A DNA stretch of 64,000 nt from Gammaproteobacteria bacterium (GCA_965243205.1 CBDEUK010000002.1:576001-640000), one strand, 5' to 3'. Shown: positions 39,972 through 50,996, counted from the first letter of the stretch. Made by a program: numbers and translations. The notes: a model not told the origin generated them from the sequence alone.

Positions 39972-41191
39972 CTGACTTCTATCAAAATGGTGTTATCACA
40001 ACGCTACATAACCTTGTAGACAGACCCATTGAGGATCTCGAAAAAGAATTAGTGCAATTTTCTAAGAGTCGGCCAATGAGTTTGGTATTACCCTCTCTGT
40101 ATTCAGAACTACAAGGCCCTGCATTAGCGAATATTATAAATGAACTATGTAATGTGCCTTATCTTTCTGAAATTGTTATCGGTTTAGATAGAGCAACTGA
40201 AGAAGAATATGTTGAAGCTTTAAAGTTTTTTTCTAAACTGCCACAAAATTATGTTGTGTTATGGAATGATGGTCCAAGACTACAAGCCATCGATGCTAAA
40301 TTAAAAAAACAAGATTTAGAACCGACTGAGTTAGGTAAAGGTCGTAATGTTTGGTTTTGTTTGGGCTATGTTTTAGCTTCTGGTAAAGCGAAGTCTGTTG
40401 CTTTACATGACTGTGATATCGTGACCTACAAACGCGAACTACTAGCACGTTTAATTTATCCTGTTGCCAATCCAAATTTTAACTACCAATTTTGTAAAGG
40501 TTATTATTCGCGAGTTGCCGGAGGTTCAATCAACGGTCGGGTATGTCGATTGTTAGTAACGCCTCTGCTTAGAGCATTAAAGAAAATTTTTCCAAATGAT
40601 AGTTTTATTGAATATCTAGATAGTTATCGTTACTCCTTAGCAGGTGAATTTTCATTACGTACCGATGTTATAAATGATATTCGAATTCCCAGTGATTGGG
40701 GATTAGAAATCGGTGTGCTTGCTGAAATGAAACGAAATTATTCTAACAACCGTCTATGCCAAGTAGATATCGCTGATCAATATGATCATAAACATCAAGA
40801 CTTATCCGTTGATGACGATGGTCAAGGTTTATCTAAAATGTCGATTGATATTAGTAAAGCCGTATTTCGTAAATTAGCAACGAATGGTTTGGTATTTAAT
40901 GCCGAAACATTTCGCTCTATTAAAGCAACCTACTTTAGAATCGCTTTAGATTTTATAGAAACCTACCATAATGATGCTGTCATAAATGGATTAACTCTAG
41001 ACATTCATGCTGAAGAGCAAGCAGTAGAACTGTTTGCTGAAAATATCATGAAAGCCGGTCTTCATTTCTTAGACAATCCAATGGAAACACCATTTATACC
41101 AAGTTGGACACGAGTGAACAGTGCATTACCAGAACTTGCGGGAGAATTCATTGAAGCAGTTGATATGGATATGAAACAATATTCAAGCTAA
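39968..41191 (+). CDS. gpgS: Glucosyl-3-phosphoglycerate synthase
   Basis: DFYQNG.ITTLH, GKGRNVW, HDCDI, KGYY, GRVCRL, WGLEIG, YDHKHQ. Confidence 0.82.
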   Translation: MTDFYQNGVITTLHNLVDRPIEDLEKELVQFSKSRPMSLVLPSLYSELQGPALANIINELCNVPYLSEIVIGLDRATEEEYVEALKFFSKLPQNYVVLWNDGPRLQAIDAKLKKQDLEPTELGKGRNVWFCLGYVLASGKAKSVALHDCDIVTYKRELLARLIYPVANPNFNYQFCKGYYSRVAGGSINGRVCRLLVTPLLRALKKIFPNDSFIEYLDSYRYSLAGEFSLRTDVINDIRIPSDWGLEIGVLAEMKRNYSNNRLCQVDIADQYDHKHQDLSVDDDGQGLSKMSIDISKAVFRKLATNGLVFNAETFRSIKATYFRIALDFIETYHNDAVINGLTLDIHAEEQAVELFAENIMKAGLHFLDNPMETPFIPSWTRVNSALPELAGEFIEAVDMDMKQYSS

Positions 41192-41205
41192 ACAATAATA
41201 ACATT

Positions 41206-42942
41206 ATGTCTGATTACCTTTCTGAACTAAATACTAAATTAATAAATCATCTTCAACAAATATACTCTGAGCATAATATCGAAACATTATCCTCTCGCAT
41301 TATTTCTGAGATGGGTTTAGAAAATATTGATGCTCAACCACAACAACATGTTAATCATTGGGATGAGCAAGATATTGCTATCATTACCTATGGAGATACT
41401 TTTCTGCATGAAGATGAAGCGCCTTTAGATAGTCTATACCGATTCCTATGCACATATTTAAAACACAATATTAGTATCGTACATATTTTACCTTTTTTTC
41501 CTTTCAGTTCAGATGATGGTTTTGCTGTCATTGATTATCATAAAGTTAATGATGTATTAGGTAACTGGGAGCATATTGAACAGATATCACAAGACTTTAA
41601 ACTCATGTCTGATTTGGTAATCAATCATTGTTCGGGGCACAGTGAATGGTTCGAACAATTAATGAAAGGAGAACAACCAGGTAAAGATTATTTCTTTACT
41701 TGTAATGCTAATACTGATTTATCCAATGTTGTACGTCCTAGAACCAGTCCTTTATTAAGAGAAGTTCCAACTCCTGATGGTCAAATTCATGTATGGTGTA
41801 CATTTAGTCATGATCAACCCGATCTTGATTTCACAAACCCTGATGTATTATTAGAATTTGTCAGAATAATTCGTTTATATCTAGAAAAAGGCGTAAAAGT
41901 CTTTCGTTTTGATGCAATTGCTTTCTTATGGAAAGAACTGGATAGTAACTGTATTAATTTACCTCAGACTCATGAAATTGTTCGATTGCTTAGAACATTA
42001 ATTGAACATCATACGCATGATGCATTTATTATTACTGAAACCAATATTCCCAATCGGGAAAACCTTTCTTATTTTGGTAATTCTAACGAAGCGCATATTA
42101 TTTATAATTTTTCATTACCACCTTTACTTGTTAATACATTACTAACAGGTAATTGCCGTTATTTAAAAAATTGGTTGATGAGTATGCCTCCAGCCATGAT
42201 GGGAACAACCTATCTTAATTTTATTGCTTCTCATGATGGTATTGGGTTACGCCCTGCAGAAGGTTTACTCAGTGATGAAGAGATTCAAAGTTTTGTCGCA
42301 ACTATGCAAGCCTTTGGTGGAGAAATATCTTATCGTGCTTTAGATAATAATGAACAAAAACCTTATGAAATTAATATTACATTATATGACGCATTAAAGG
42401 GCACTATAAAACACGGGCCAGATCAATGGCAACAGCAACGGTTTATTTGTGCACATACTATTATGTTAGCGTTAGAAGGCCTGCCAGCGTTTTATATTCA
42501 TAGCCTACTCGCCACCGAAAATGATTATGAAAAATTTCGTAAAACGAATAATAAACGTGCCATTAACCGCCATCATTGGGAACTGAAAGAACTTGAAAGC
42601 TTATTAAATACAGATTCACATCATAAAATTATTTTTAACGAACTACTAAGAATAATTGAAATACGTAAACAACAAGAAGCTTTTCATCCAAATGCCACTC
42701 AGTTTACTTTACAGTTCAGTGATGAAATATTTGGTTTTTGGCGTCAGAGTCTGAACAGAACCCAGAGTATATTTTGTATCAGTAATATATCAAATATTGC
42801 CCAAGAAATTACTTTATCGGATATTAATTTAATCGTAACAGATAAATGGTATGACTTATTATCAGGAACTGAAATTAGTGAAGACAATAAAATAATGGTC
42901 TTGGAACCATATCAAACTGTATGGTTAACTAATAAAGTGTGA
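41206..42942 (+). CDS. GH13_18 sugar phosphorylase, probably glucosylglycerate phosphorylase
   Basis: [41 protein letters not shown] loop; located in the gpg operon. Confidence 0.85.
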   Translation: MSDYLSELNTKLINHLQQIYSEHNIETLSSRIISEMGLENIDAQPQQHVNHWDEQDIAIITYGDTFLHEDEAPLDSLYRFLCTYLKHNISIVHILPFFPFSSDDGFAVIDYHKVNDVLGNWEHIEQISQDFKLMSDLVINHCSGHSEWFEQLMKGEQPGKDYFFTCNANTDLSNVVRPRTSPLLREVPTPDGQIHVWCTFSHDQPDLDFTNPDVLLEFVRIIRLYLEKGVKVFRFDAIAFLWKELDSNCINLPQTHEIVRLLRTLIEHHTHDAFIITETNIPNRENLSYFGNSNEAHIIYNFSLPPLLVNTLLTGNCRYLKNWLMSMPPAMMGTTYLNFIASHDGIGLRPAEGLLSDEEIQSFVATMQAFGGEISYRALDNNEQKPYEINITLYDALKGTIKHGPDQWQQQRFICAHTIMLALEGLPAFYIHSLLATENDYEKFRKTNNKRAINRHHWELKELESLLNTDSHHKIIFNELLRIIEIRKQQEAFHPNATQFTLQFSDEIFGFWRQSLNRTQSIFCISNISNIAQEITLSDINLIVTDKWYDLLSGTEISEDNKIMVLEPYQTVWLTNKV

Positions 42943-42945
42943 TTG

Positions 42946-43683
42946 TTATTTTAAGTCTATTGAAGGTAATGATTGGAAAGCTTGTTTCAGTGCATCTCCC
43001 CATCCACTAGAAATGGTTTGGTAATATTCATTATTTTCATCTATGCGAATTTGATTACTAATTTTTAAATCATTATTTATATAGTATTGAATATCTAATG
43101 GTAGCCCAACTGATAAATTTGATTTAAACGTGCTATCAAACGATAACAGTAATAGTTTAGTTGAATCTTCAAACGACATTGATTTATCGAATGCACGAAC
43201 CAAAATTGGTTTACCGTATTTCGTTTCACCGATTTGAAAAAAACTTGTCTCTTCTGAAGTTTCTATAAAATTTCCTTCTGGATAGATTAAAAATAATCTT
43301 GAATCTTCATCTTTGATCTGACCAGCCAAAATAAACGTTGCATTGAATGAGTTCTCTGCAACCTGACCATTTTTTGTAGTTTCTAAAATAACAGAATTAA
43401 CAATCTCACCAATATACCTAGCAACCTGATACATTGAGTCACATGATTTTAAAAAATTTTTATCGTCGGTTATTGATTCATTCCATTGTTCATTAATAGA
43501 ACTAATAACAGATTGAGAAGTAGCCAAGTTTCCTGATGATAATAAAGTGATTACCCGGTCGCCTTCAACCTGCCAACTATGCATCTTACAATATACGGAT
43601 ACGTTATCCACGCCAGCGTTAGTCCGAGTATCGGACATTAAAACCAAACCTTGATTTAATTTTAATCCTACACAATAAGTCAT
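42946..43683 (-). CDS. Anbu proteasome-type Ntn protease
   Basis: MTYCVG, SDTRTNAGVD, GNLATSQ, YPEGNFIE, QIGETKYGKP, SNLSVGLP. Confidence 0.92.
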   Translation of the reverse strand: MTYCVGLKLNQGLVLMSDTRTNAGVDNVSVYCKMHSWQVEGDRVITLLSSGNLATSQSVISSINEQWNESITDDKNFLKSCDSMYQVARYIGEIVNSVILETTKNGQVAENSFNATFILAGQIKDEDSRLFLIYPEGNFIETSEETSFFQIGETKYGKPILVRAFDKSMSFEDSTKLLLLSFDSTFKSNLSVGLPLDIQYYINNDLKISNQIRIDENNEYYQTISSGWGDALKQAFQSLPSIDLK

Positions 43684-43701
43684 AAAAAAATATTACATTT
43701 G

Positions 43702-44499
43702 TTATTGTTGTTGCACATTTACAATGACTTCTAAATTTTCTTGGTGTTCACCATAACGAATACCTTTTACAGGTGCAGTATCACTTGCATCTAAACCAAT
43801 AGCAACACGAATGTATCGTTCATCGGGTGAAATTCCATTTGATACATCAAAACCTATCCAACCAATACCTTCAAAATAAATTTCTGCCCAAGCATGATTT
43901 GCAGAATGTTGCTCCTCTCCATCGATAAATATATAACCACTTACATATCGAGCTGGGAATCCAGCTAACCTTGCAGCTGATATTAATATGTGTGCATGGT
44001 CTTGGCAAACTCCAACACCTAATTTCATTGCATCTTCAGCCGTTGTATTAGCATCAGTATTATCTAATTTATATTTAACTGTAGAAAGAATTAACTCACA
44101 AACCTTATGCACTGACTCTATTGCATTTTCATTATTTATTTCTTTTGCTATGCGTTTTATATTAATTCCAGCCTTGGTTAAAATAGTCTGACGTTTGTAT
44201 AACCAAAGCGGTACATTTGATTGGTGCGCTCCAACAATCCCATCTTTATCTGTCGTTTCAACTTCTCCATAACAGCTTATTATCACTTCATTTACACCAG
44301 ACTCAATATTCAATAAATTTACAACATTTCTGAATTGATCAGAATATGTAAGCTCTTTACTTGCTCCAATAATATCTAAATCCCAAGAAATAATATTTTG
44401 AAAATCTGTAGAAACAGGAGTTAACCTTATTTGTTGTAAAGCATAATCTATTGGCTTATCAAATTGATACTGAGTTGAATGTGTTACTAATAAGCGCAT
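43702..44499 (-). CDS. Transglutaminase-like protein
   Basis: GVCQDHAH, ARYVSGY, HAWAE, GFD (Cys-His-Asp triad). Confidence 0.92.
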   Translation of the reverse strand: MRLLVTHSTQYQFDKPIDYALQQIRLTPVSTDFQNIISWDLDIIGASKELTYSDQFRNVVNLLNIESGVNEVIISCYGEVETTDKDGIVGAHQSNVPLWLYKRQTILTKAGINIKRIAKEINNENAIESVHKVCELILSTVKYKLDNTDANTTAEDAMKLGVGVCQDHAHILISAARLAGFPARYVSGYIFIDGEEQHSANHAWAEIYFEGIGWIGFDVSNGISPDERYIRVAIGLDASDTAPVKGIRYGEHQENLEVIVNVQQQ

Positions 44500-44501
44500 A
44501 G

Positions 44502-45443
44502 TTATTGATAAAATCGATATTGTTCAGAAACCAATGATGAAAGCGTATTATTTTCTGATATAAAATTAATTAAAAATTCATGTAAACCATTATCTAAAAT
44601 ACTACTCACAGTATTCGTGTCTAATATATGAATTATTTTTTTACATTGCACACTACAGGGATCTTCTGTTTTAGAATTATTAGTTATTAAATTCAAATTA
44701 GTCTCAATTTTATCGTAGCAAAAAGATAAAGACCGAGGCATCTCCTCATTTAACATCAAAAACTCGGCAATATTTGTGGGGTTATAATCTGTATGGTATA
44801 CCCATCGATATGATCGATGCGCTGAAACAGAGCGTAAGATCGATTCCCATTGTACATTATCTAGAGAAGATCCAATGTAAGAAGAAGATGGTAATAACAC
44901 ATAATATTTAACATCAAGGATACGAGCCGTATTATCTGCACGTTCAATGTATTTTCCTATTAATGAAAAATAATAAGACTCATTACGCAACATCGTTCGA
45001 TAAAAGGTACCGCTAATTAATGCCGACTGATTTTTTATTAAACTCAAAACATTCGGCAATTGAGATTCTGAAACAGGTCTTTTTAATATTTCTCTAATAT
45101 TCATCCATGATTCATTAGTTGACTCCCATACTGAACGCGTAATCGCTGTTCTCACTAAACGTGCGTTAGCCCTAGCTTGCTCAATAGTATTGATGACGGA
45201 TGTTGGATTATGTTTATTGCGTAATAAAAAATCGATGACATTCTTTGCAGAATAATCATCGTGATTCTCATCAAATAAAGATTGTGCCCCAACTGTAGCA
45301 ATGACAGACCGCCAATCATCATCCCCTCCTTGAGTACGTGTAAGTGCCATCCTTAATCCTGTTTCCAATAATTCTGCAATGTTTTCCATGCGTTCAATTT
45401 GACGCGAAAACCAGAATAAACCATTTGCAGTTTTTCCTAACAT
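44502..45443 (-). CDS. Alpha-E domain protein
   Basis: LFWFSRQIERMEN, ARANAR, IERADNTARILDVKY (ER repeats). Confidence 0.92.
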   Translation of the reverse strand: MLGKTANGLFWFSRQIERMENIAELLETGLRMALTRTQGGDDDWRSVIATVGAQSLFDENHDDYSAKNVIDFLLRNKHNPTSVINTIEQARANARLVRTAITRSVWESTNESWMNIREILKRPVSESQLPNVLSLIKNQSALISGTFYRTMLRNESYYFSLIGKYIERADNTARILDVKYYVLLPSSSYIGSSLDNVQWESILRSVSAHRSYRWVYHTDYNPTNIAEFLMLNEEMPRSLSFCYDKIETNLNLITNNSKTEDPCSVQCKKIIHILDTNTVSSILDNGLHEFLINFISENNTLSSLVSEQYRFYQ

Positions 45444-45458
45444 GACATTTCCTGAGTC

Positions 45459-46907
45459 TTAATCATCCAATATCCATGTATCTTTTGTACCGCCACCTTG
45501 ACTCGAATTAACTACTAATGATTTTTCTTTTAACGCAACTCTGGTTAATCCGCCTGGTGTAATGTTAATCGTATCTGATACTAAAACAAATGGACGTAAA
45601 TCAACATGTCTTGGTGCTAAACCTTTATTCGTTAAAACAGGTACGGTTGAGAGTGATAGCGTTGGTTGAGCAATATAATTTTCTGGCTTATTTTTAAGTT
45701 TTTCTGTAAATGTTTTTAATTCTCGTTTTGAAGCTGCTGGGCCTACCAACATTCCATAGCCACCTGAACCATGTACTTCTTTAACCACAAGCTCTTCAAT
45801 ATTATCCAATACATATTGTAAGGAATCCTGTTCTGAACAACGATAGGTAGGCACATTTTTTAATAATGGTTTTTCTCCTGTATAGAACTCTACAATTTCA
45901 GGCATATAAGAATATATCGATTTATCATCAGCTATACCGGTTCCAGGAGCATTTGCTATCGTAATGTTGCCAGCCTTATACACATCGATAATACCCGGTA
46001 TGCCTAACATAGAGTCAGGACGAAAATTTAAAGGATCTAGATAATCATCATCAACTCGTCTATACAACACATCAATGGTTTCATAGCCGCTAGTCGTACG
46101 CATTTTTACTTTGCCATCAATTATTTTTAAATCAGTACTCTCAACCAACTCTACACCTAATTGATCAGCTAAAAACGCATGTTCAAAATATGCCGAATTA
46201 AAAATACCAGGTGTTAGTACCGCTACCGTTGGGGTTCCTTCAGAATTTTTAGGTGCGACGGAAGATAGGCTATGTAATAAATTCTTAGGATATTCACTAA
46301 CTGATTGAACCCGGATTTTAGAAAACAATTCAGGAAACATCTGCATCATAGTTTCACGGTTTTCTAACATATAAGAAGCACCCGACGGTGTTCTTGCGTT
46401 GTCTTCTAAAACATAAAACTCATTTTCACTAACGCGAACAATATCAATACCAACAATATGGGTATATACACCAGAGGGTGGCTCTACTCCTATCATAATA
46501 GGTAAGAAAGCTTCATTCACATCAATTAAACGTTCAGGTATACGTTGCGCTCGTAATATTTCTTGGCGATGGTATATATCATAGAGAAACGCATTAATTG
46601 CTCTAACACGTTGTTCGATACCTTTACATAATAAGCGCCACTCTTTAGCAGAAATGACTCTTGGCACAATATCAAAAGGGATCAATCGTTCATTGGCTTC
46701 CTTTTGGCCATAGACAGAAAATGTAATACCAGAACGTCGATAAATTGTTTCAGCTTCGGAAGTTTTTTTCTTGAGATATTTTGGATCTTGGCTATTAAAC
46801 CAAGACTCATATTTTTTATAAGGCCGCCTTACAGATTCATCAAGGCCAAACATTTCATCAAAATGTTGTGTTAATGCTTCGGTCTGTTTTGTGGTGCTGT
46901 TAGACAT
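45459..46907 (-). CDS. Circularly permuted type 2 ATP-grasp protein
   Basis: LEDNARTPSG, YRRVDD, GSGGYGM, GGLTRVAL, VNSSQGGGTKDTW. Confidence 0.93.
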   Translation of the reverse strand: MSNSTTKQTEALTQHFDEMFGLDESVRRPYKKYESWFNSQDPKYLKKKTSEAETIYRRSGITFSVYGQKEANERLIPFDIVPRVISAKEWRLLCKGIEQRVRAINAFLYDIYHRQEILRAQRIPERLIDVNEAFLPIMIGVEPPSGVYTHIVGIDIVRVSENEFYVLEDNARTPSGASYMLENRETMMQMFPELFSKIRVQSVSEYPKNLLHSLSSVAPKNSEGTPTVAVLTPGIFNSAYFEHAFLADQLGVELVESTDLKIIDGKVKMRTTSGYETIDVLYRRVDDDYLDPLNFRPDSMLGIPGIIDVYKAGNITIANAPGTGIADDKSIYSYMPEIVEFYTGEKPLLKNVPTYRCSEQDSLQYVLDNIEELVVKEVHGSGGYGMLVGPAASKRELKTFTEKLKNKPENYIAQPTLSLSTVPVLTNKGLAPRHVDLRPFVLVSDTINITPGGLTRVALKEKSLVVNSSQGGGTKDTWILDD

Positions 46908-46981
46908 TCTAATACTATGGTGCTTATATTCAGAATAAAGCTCTATGATCCATATATTTTTAAATATTTAAATGTATGTAG

Positions 46982-46997
46982 CGCAACTCTTATGCCA
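46982..46997 (-). promoter_or_regulatory. Sigma54 -24/-12 promoter
   Basis: Minus strand TGGCAT-AAGAG-TTGCG, 75 nt upstream of the ATP-grasp start. Confidence 0.8.
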
Positions 46998-47010
46998 TAC
47001 AAAAAAATAT

Positions 47011-47023
47011 CAACTCACTGATA
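47011..47023 (-). promoter_or_regulatory. IHF binding site
   Basis: TATCAGTGAGTTG matches WATCARNNNNTTR and lies between the enhancer and the sigma54 promoter. Confidence 0.6.
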
Positions 47024-47086
47024 TTAAAAGATAAATAATTATAATAATAAAAGACTGTATATATCGCCCTATAATTATTAGGGAGT

Positions 47087-47103
47087 TGCACATTATTAGT
47101 GCA
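47087..47103. promoter_or_regulatory. NtrC-type enhancer site
   Basis: Palindrome TGCAC-ATTATTA-GTGCA about 90 nt upstream of the -24 element. Confidence 0.75.
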
Positions 47104-47108
47104 TTTAT

Positions 47109-48206
47109 TTAATGTCTAGCTGGAACACACGCTAGTTCATCAGCAATATTTCTACATGTTCCATTAAGTTCACCATGAGGCCTATTTACAACACAACGAC
47201 TTCCATTGGATTTACGATTACATGCTGAAATAGCTTCTCTAGGAGGATTTCTTCCTGGACGTTCAGACCTTTCTAGTCTAGGAGGCATAGCATCATCTCG
47301 TCCGTTACTACCTTGTCTAGGTATGCTACCACGTCTTATCTGAAATGAACTATCAGGTGAGCCTGACCAACAACGAGGAATAAATGGATATTGATTACTA
47401 ATAACATAATGATAAGTACCATTAGGATATTCATCGGTTTTGCTTATGCGGCCATTACATTGATCAAGGTCACCAAGTCCATCGACATATTCGTAATCCA
47501 AAGTATAACGACCATCGTATTGACCACTTGGTCCATCAGACCTGTTACCTTGTTTCACTTTATAACTTGAAGTTAGCTCAATTGTATCTCCTTGAGAATT
47601 AGTATGGGCATATGGCGTATAAATAGGAAAACCATCTGCCGCATAGCCAATCAAAACAGGTTTATTTTTATAATTTTGATTCTGAATTAAACCAATCGGT
47701 AAACTATGATAATGATAAGCCCCATTAGGTTGGACATGTGCGTTGTTTTGATCAAGTCCTAAATTTCGCCCTCCTTTAATCGCATCTAAAACCCATTTTG
47801 AATTTCTATCGTTATTCCAAAATTCTGCTGTTGCAGGGTCAAACGGCACACCATTTAACGCAACACCAAAATAATTATGCCCTATCTCAGTAACACGATT
47901 TGATTTTTTTGGATTCAATGTGACTCGAAAATTGTAATCCTGTGCAGAAATAGAATTTGGATTATTTCGATTCGGAAAGTTACCCGTTGAATGATTTGGT
48001 ATACCATCACTTTTAATAATTCTATAACCTGAACTATTATCAATTTGAATATTGACTGCTGAATAAACAGGCCTAATAAAAAAATCAGTGAAATAATGAA
48101 AATCATCAAGATGAATTATTTCTAACGATTTTTCAGATATACCATGAGCAAATAAATTTATAGCTGGAAGATATAATAAAATTATAGTCAATAAGATTTT
48201 TTTCAT
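47109..48206 (-). CDS. Secreted YHYH domain protein with Cys-rich tail
   Basis: Signal peptide, GVALNGVPFD, AHVQPNGAYHYH, GYAADGFPIY, LDQCNG, YHY. Confidence 0.88.
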   Translation of the reverse strand: MKKILLTIILLYLPAINLFAHGISEKSLEIIHLDDFHYFTDFFIRPVYSAVNIQIDNSSGYRIIKSDGIPNHSTGNFPNRNNPNSISAQDYNFRVTLNPKKSNRVTEIGHNYFGVALNGVPFDPATAEFWNNDRNSKWVLDAIKGGRNLGLDQNNAHVQPNGAYHYHSLPIGLIQNQNYKNKPVLIGYAADGFPIYTPYAHTNSQGDTIELTSSYKVKQGNRSDGPSGQYDGRYTLDYEYVDGLGDLDQCNGRISKTDEYPNGTYHYVISNQYPFIPRCWSGSPDSSFQIRRGSIPRQGSNGRDDAMPPRLERSERPGRNPPREAISACNRKSNGSRCVVNRPHGELNGTCRNIADELACVPARH

Positions 48207-48548
48207 TTTCCAAGCCTTTAAAAAATTGAATATTTTTTTATTTCATTTTAAATAATATTAATTTTTATTAAGCTTACTTTAATAAATAAAATTAATTTCT
48301 TAATAAAAAGTAATTTAATTTAATTAAATTTTTCATACGCAGCTTAAATCGAACTCTATGTCTTGAACATTTACAATAATTAAATCACATAATAAATATT
48401 AATTACATATTGTTAATTCATGTCCAGTTAATAATCCAAGTTAATAAAAATTAAAACCATGTAACCTAAGTATAGACCCTATTGCTTCATTTTTTTTTAA
48501 TTTTATTATCTCCATTCCGTTAACACACTCAACATTGGAGACACTAAA

Positions 48549-49079
48549 ATGAGTTACTCTCAAAATATTATTCGCACACTATATAACGCAAAAAATATTG
48601 CAATTGTCAGCATGATGGTAATTATTACAACAGCATGTGCTACTCAAACTGCTAAAGTAAATAATTCTGATATTGTTGACACAGCAGTTTCTGCTGGGCA
48701 ATTCAAAACATTAACTGCAGCATTACAAGCAGCTGATTTAGTTGGAACATTAAAAGGCAATGGTCCTTTTACCGTATTTGCTCCAACCGATGAAGCATTC
48801 GCTAAATTGCCATCAGGTACTGTTGAATCATTATTAAAACCTGAAAATAAAGACAAACTGGTTTCTATCTTAACTTACCATGTAGTACCTGGGAAAGTTT
48901 TGGCATCTGATGTAGTCAATCTAGACAGTGCGAAAACTGTTAATGGTTCGAATGTAAATATTTCAACTAATAGTGAAGGTGTAAATATTAATCAGGCTAA
49001 AGTTATTAAGGCAGATGTTATGTCAAGTAACGGTGTTATTCATGTTATTGACGAAGTCATTTTACCTGCAAATGGCTAA
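48549..49079 (+). CDS. Fasciclin (FAS1) domain lipoprotein
   Basis: Lipobox-like [32 protein letters not shown]. Confidence 0.93.
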   Translation: MSYSQNIIRTLYNAKNIAIVSMMVIITTACATQTAKVNNSDIVDTAVSAGQFKTLTAALQAADLVGTLKGNGPFTVFAPTDEAFAKLPSGTVESLLKPENKDKLVSILTYHVVPGKVLASDVVNLDSAKTVNGSNVNISTNSEGVNINQAKVIKADVMSSNGVIHVIDEVILPANG

Positions 49080-49111
49080 ACCCTTATTTAGATACTTTAC
49101 TATGCATAATA

Positions 49112-49146
49112 TGTTTCCGGTTAGTTATACTAACCGGACATTTTTT
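49112..49146 (+). terminator. Intrinsic terminator after the fasciclin gene
   Basis: TCCGGTTAGT/ACTAACCGGA stem followed by a T-run. Confidence 0.8.
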
Positions 49147-49174
49147 ATTAGAAATGAATGTGTGAATATTATAT

Positions 49175-50875
49175 TCAGGCTACTTCAGATAATTTAATGA
49201 CTAGATCAGTATAATCGTTTGAAGAAACAGGAGGACTAAGATAGAAACCTTGTATTTCATCAACATCCTGTTCACGTAAAAAATCTAATTGTTCTTTTTT
49301 TTCTACGCCTTCTGCAATTACATTAATTCCTAGATCCTTAGCCATATGTATCATCGCAGAAGTAATATAAGACTCTGGTCCAGTTTCAGTGACATTTTGA
49401 ATAAACGAACGATCAATCTTCAACGTATCGACTAAAAAGCGCTTAAGATAATTAAAAGAATTATAACCGGTACCAAAGTCATCTATAGCAATACTAACGC
49501 CCATAGATTTCAATGCTTCTAGAATTTTCATCGTTGCAGTTGAATTTTGAATTAACAAACTTTCCGTTAATTCAACTTCAAGCAAATGGGGATCGAGTTC
49601 TGTCTCGTTCAATATATTACAAACAGTATCTGAAAAGTTACGTTGTAATAATTGCTGTCCAGAAAGGTTAACTGCAATTTTACCAACAGGTACCCCTTGC
49701 TTACTCCAGGATACATGTTGTTTACAAGCTGTTTCCAGTACCCACCGACCAACTTCTGAAATCATTCCACTCTTCTCAAGTAAAGGAATAAATCTTGTTG
49801 GATAAATAAGTCCTTGCTCTGGGTGCTTCCATCGCAGTAATGCTTCGTTACCAGTTAATTTTCCACTTTGTACATCTAATTTTGGTTGGTAATGTAAAAG
49901 AAATTCTTCTTTATCCAAAGCTTCTCTTAATTGCATTTCCATTGTCAATTCATCTAAAGCACGATGATTCATTTCTTTAGTATAAAACTGATATTGATTT
50001 CTACCATTATGTTTCGCTTTATACATTGCACTGTCTGCATTCTTAACAATAGTCTCAACATCTTTGCCACAGTGTGGATAAATAGCAATACCGATGCTAA
50101 CTCCGACATATAAAATATGAGAATCAATTTCGAGAGGAGTGGTAATAGTTGAAATAACTTTTTCAGAAACGGCTATAGCACTATTGGTATTTACAACACC
50201 TTCCAAAATAATTGCAAACTCATCACCCCCTAAACGGGCAATGGTATCGACTTCCCTAATCGCATGAGATAAACGTTTGGCGATTTCTATTAAAACTTTA
50301 TCACCCATTTCATGCCCCAAACCGTCATTGATTGGTTTGAAATGATCTAAGTCGAGATACAATAATGCAACGGAGTCTTCGCGTCTTTTAGCGCAATGTA
50401 TGGCATGCTCAAGACGGGAACGAAAAAGAGTTCTATTTGCAAGACCAGTCAATTGATCATGTTGAGCCATATAAACAACATTATCATGCAATCGTTTACG
50501 CTCAATCGCATAATACAATGCACGTATTAAGTGCCAATCATCAACACCTTTGGTCAAATAATCTTGTGCGCCTGCTTTCACTGTCTGCAGTGCAAACTCC
50601 TCGTCTTGTCTTCCACTGAGCACGACTATTGGCAGTTCGGGTCTAAATGATTTTATATCTGAAATGCAGTCAAGACCTTCTCTATCGGGTAATGACATAT
50701 CTAGGATAGCCACGGAAAACTCTTCTCTACTAATGAGATCCATAGCCTCGCTCATGCAATCAGCGATTGTTAGTCGATACTGCTCCTCTCCCATATCAGT
50801 GAGAAGCACTTCAACCAGTTTGGCATCTCCTGGGTTATCTTCAACCAGAAGAATATTAGTGATTTTATTTTGCAT
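49175..50875 (-). CDS. REC-GGDEF-EAL c-di-GMP enzyme
   Basis: Receiver LLVEDN..LDMSLPD; REVD I-site; GGDEF; EALLRW; DDFGTG; AEGVE. Confidence 0.93.
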   Translation of the reverse strand: MQNKITNILLVEDNPGDAKLVEVLLTDMGEEQYRLTIADCMSEAMDLISREEFSVAILDMSLPDREGLDCISDIKSFRPELPIVVLSGRQDEEFALQTVKAGAQDYLTKGVDDWHLIRALYYAIERKRLHDNVVYMAQHDQLTGLANRTLFRSRLEHAIHCAKRREDSVALLYLDLDHFKPINDGLGHEMGDKVLIEIAKRLSHAIREVDTIARLGGDEFAIILEGVVNTNSAIAVSEKVISTITTPLEIDSHILYVGVSIGIAIYPHCGKDVETIVKNADSAMYKAKHNGRNQYQFYTKEMNHRALDELTMEMQLREALDKEEFLLHYQPKLDVQSGKLTGNEALLRWKHPEQGLIYPTRFIPLLEKSGMISEVGRWVLETACKQHVSWSKQGVPVGKIAVNLSGQQLLQRNFSDTVCNILNETELDPHLLEVELTESLLIQNSTATMKILEALKSMGVSIAIDDFGTGYNSFNYLKRFLVDTLKIDRSFIQNVTETGPESYITSAMIHMAKDLGINVIAEGVEKKEQLDFLREQDVDEIQGFYLSPPVSSNDYTDLVIKLSEVA

Positions 50876-50969
50876 ATCTTATCTCCCTCGATACGCTAAA
50901 CCTACTTAATGTATTAGATAAATATGTTTAAGCAATATCCATACAAACAAAGTAATAGTCCAATCTATT

Positions 50970-50996
50970 GCATCGGCAATAAAAAAAAATTCTTTA
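50970..50996 (-). promoter_or_regulatory. Sigma28 (FliA) promoter
   Basis: Minus strand TAAA-N15-GCCGATGC, with G following TAAA as in the consensus. Confidence 0.65.
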
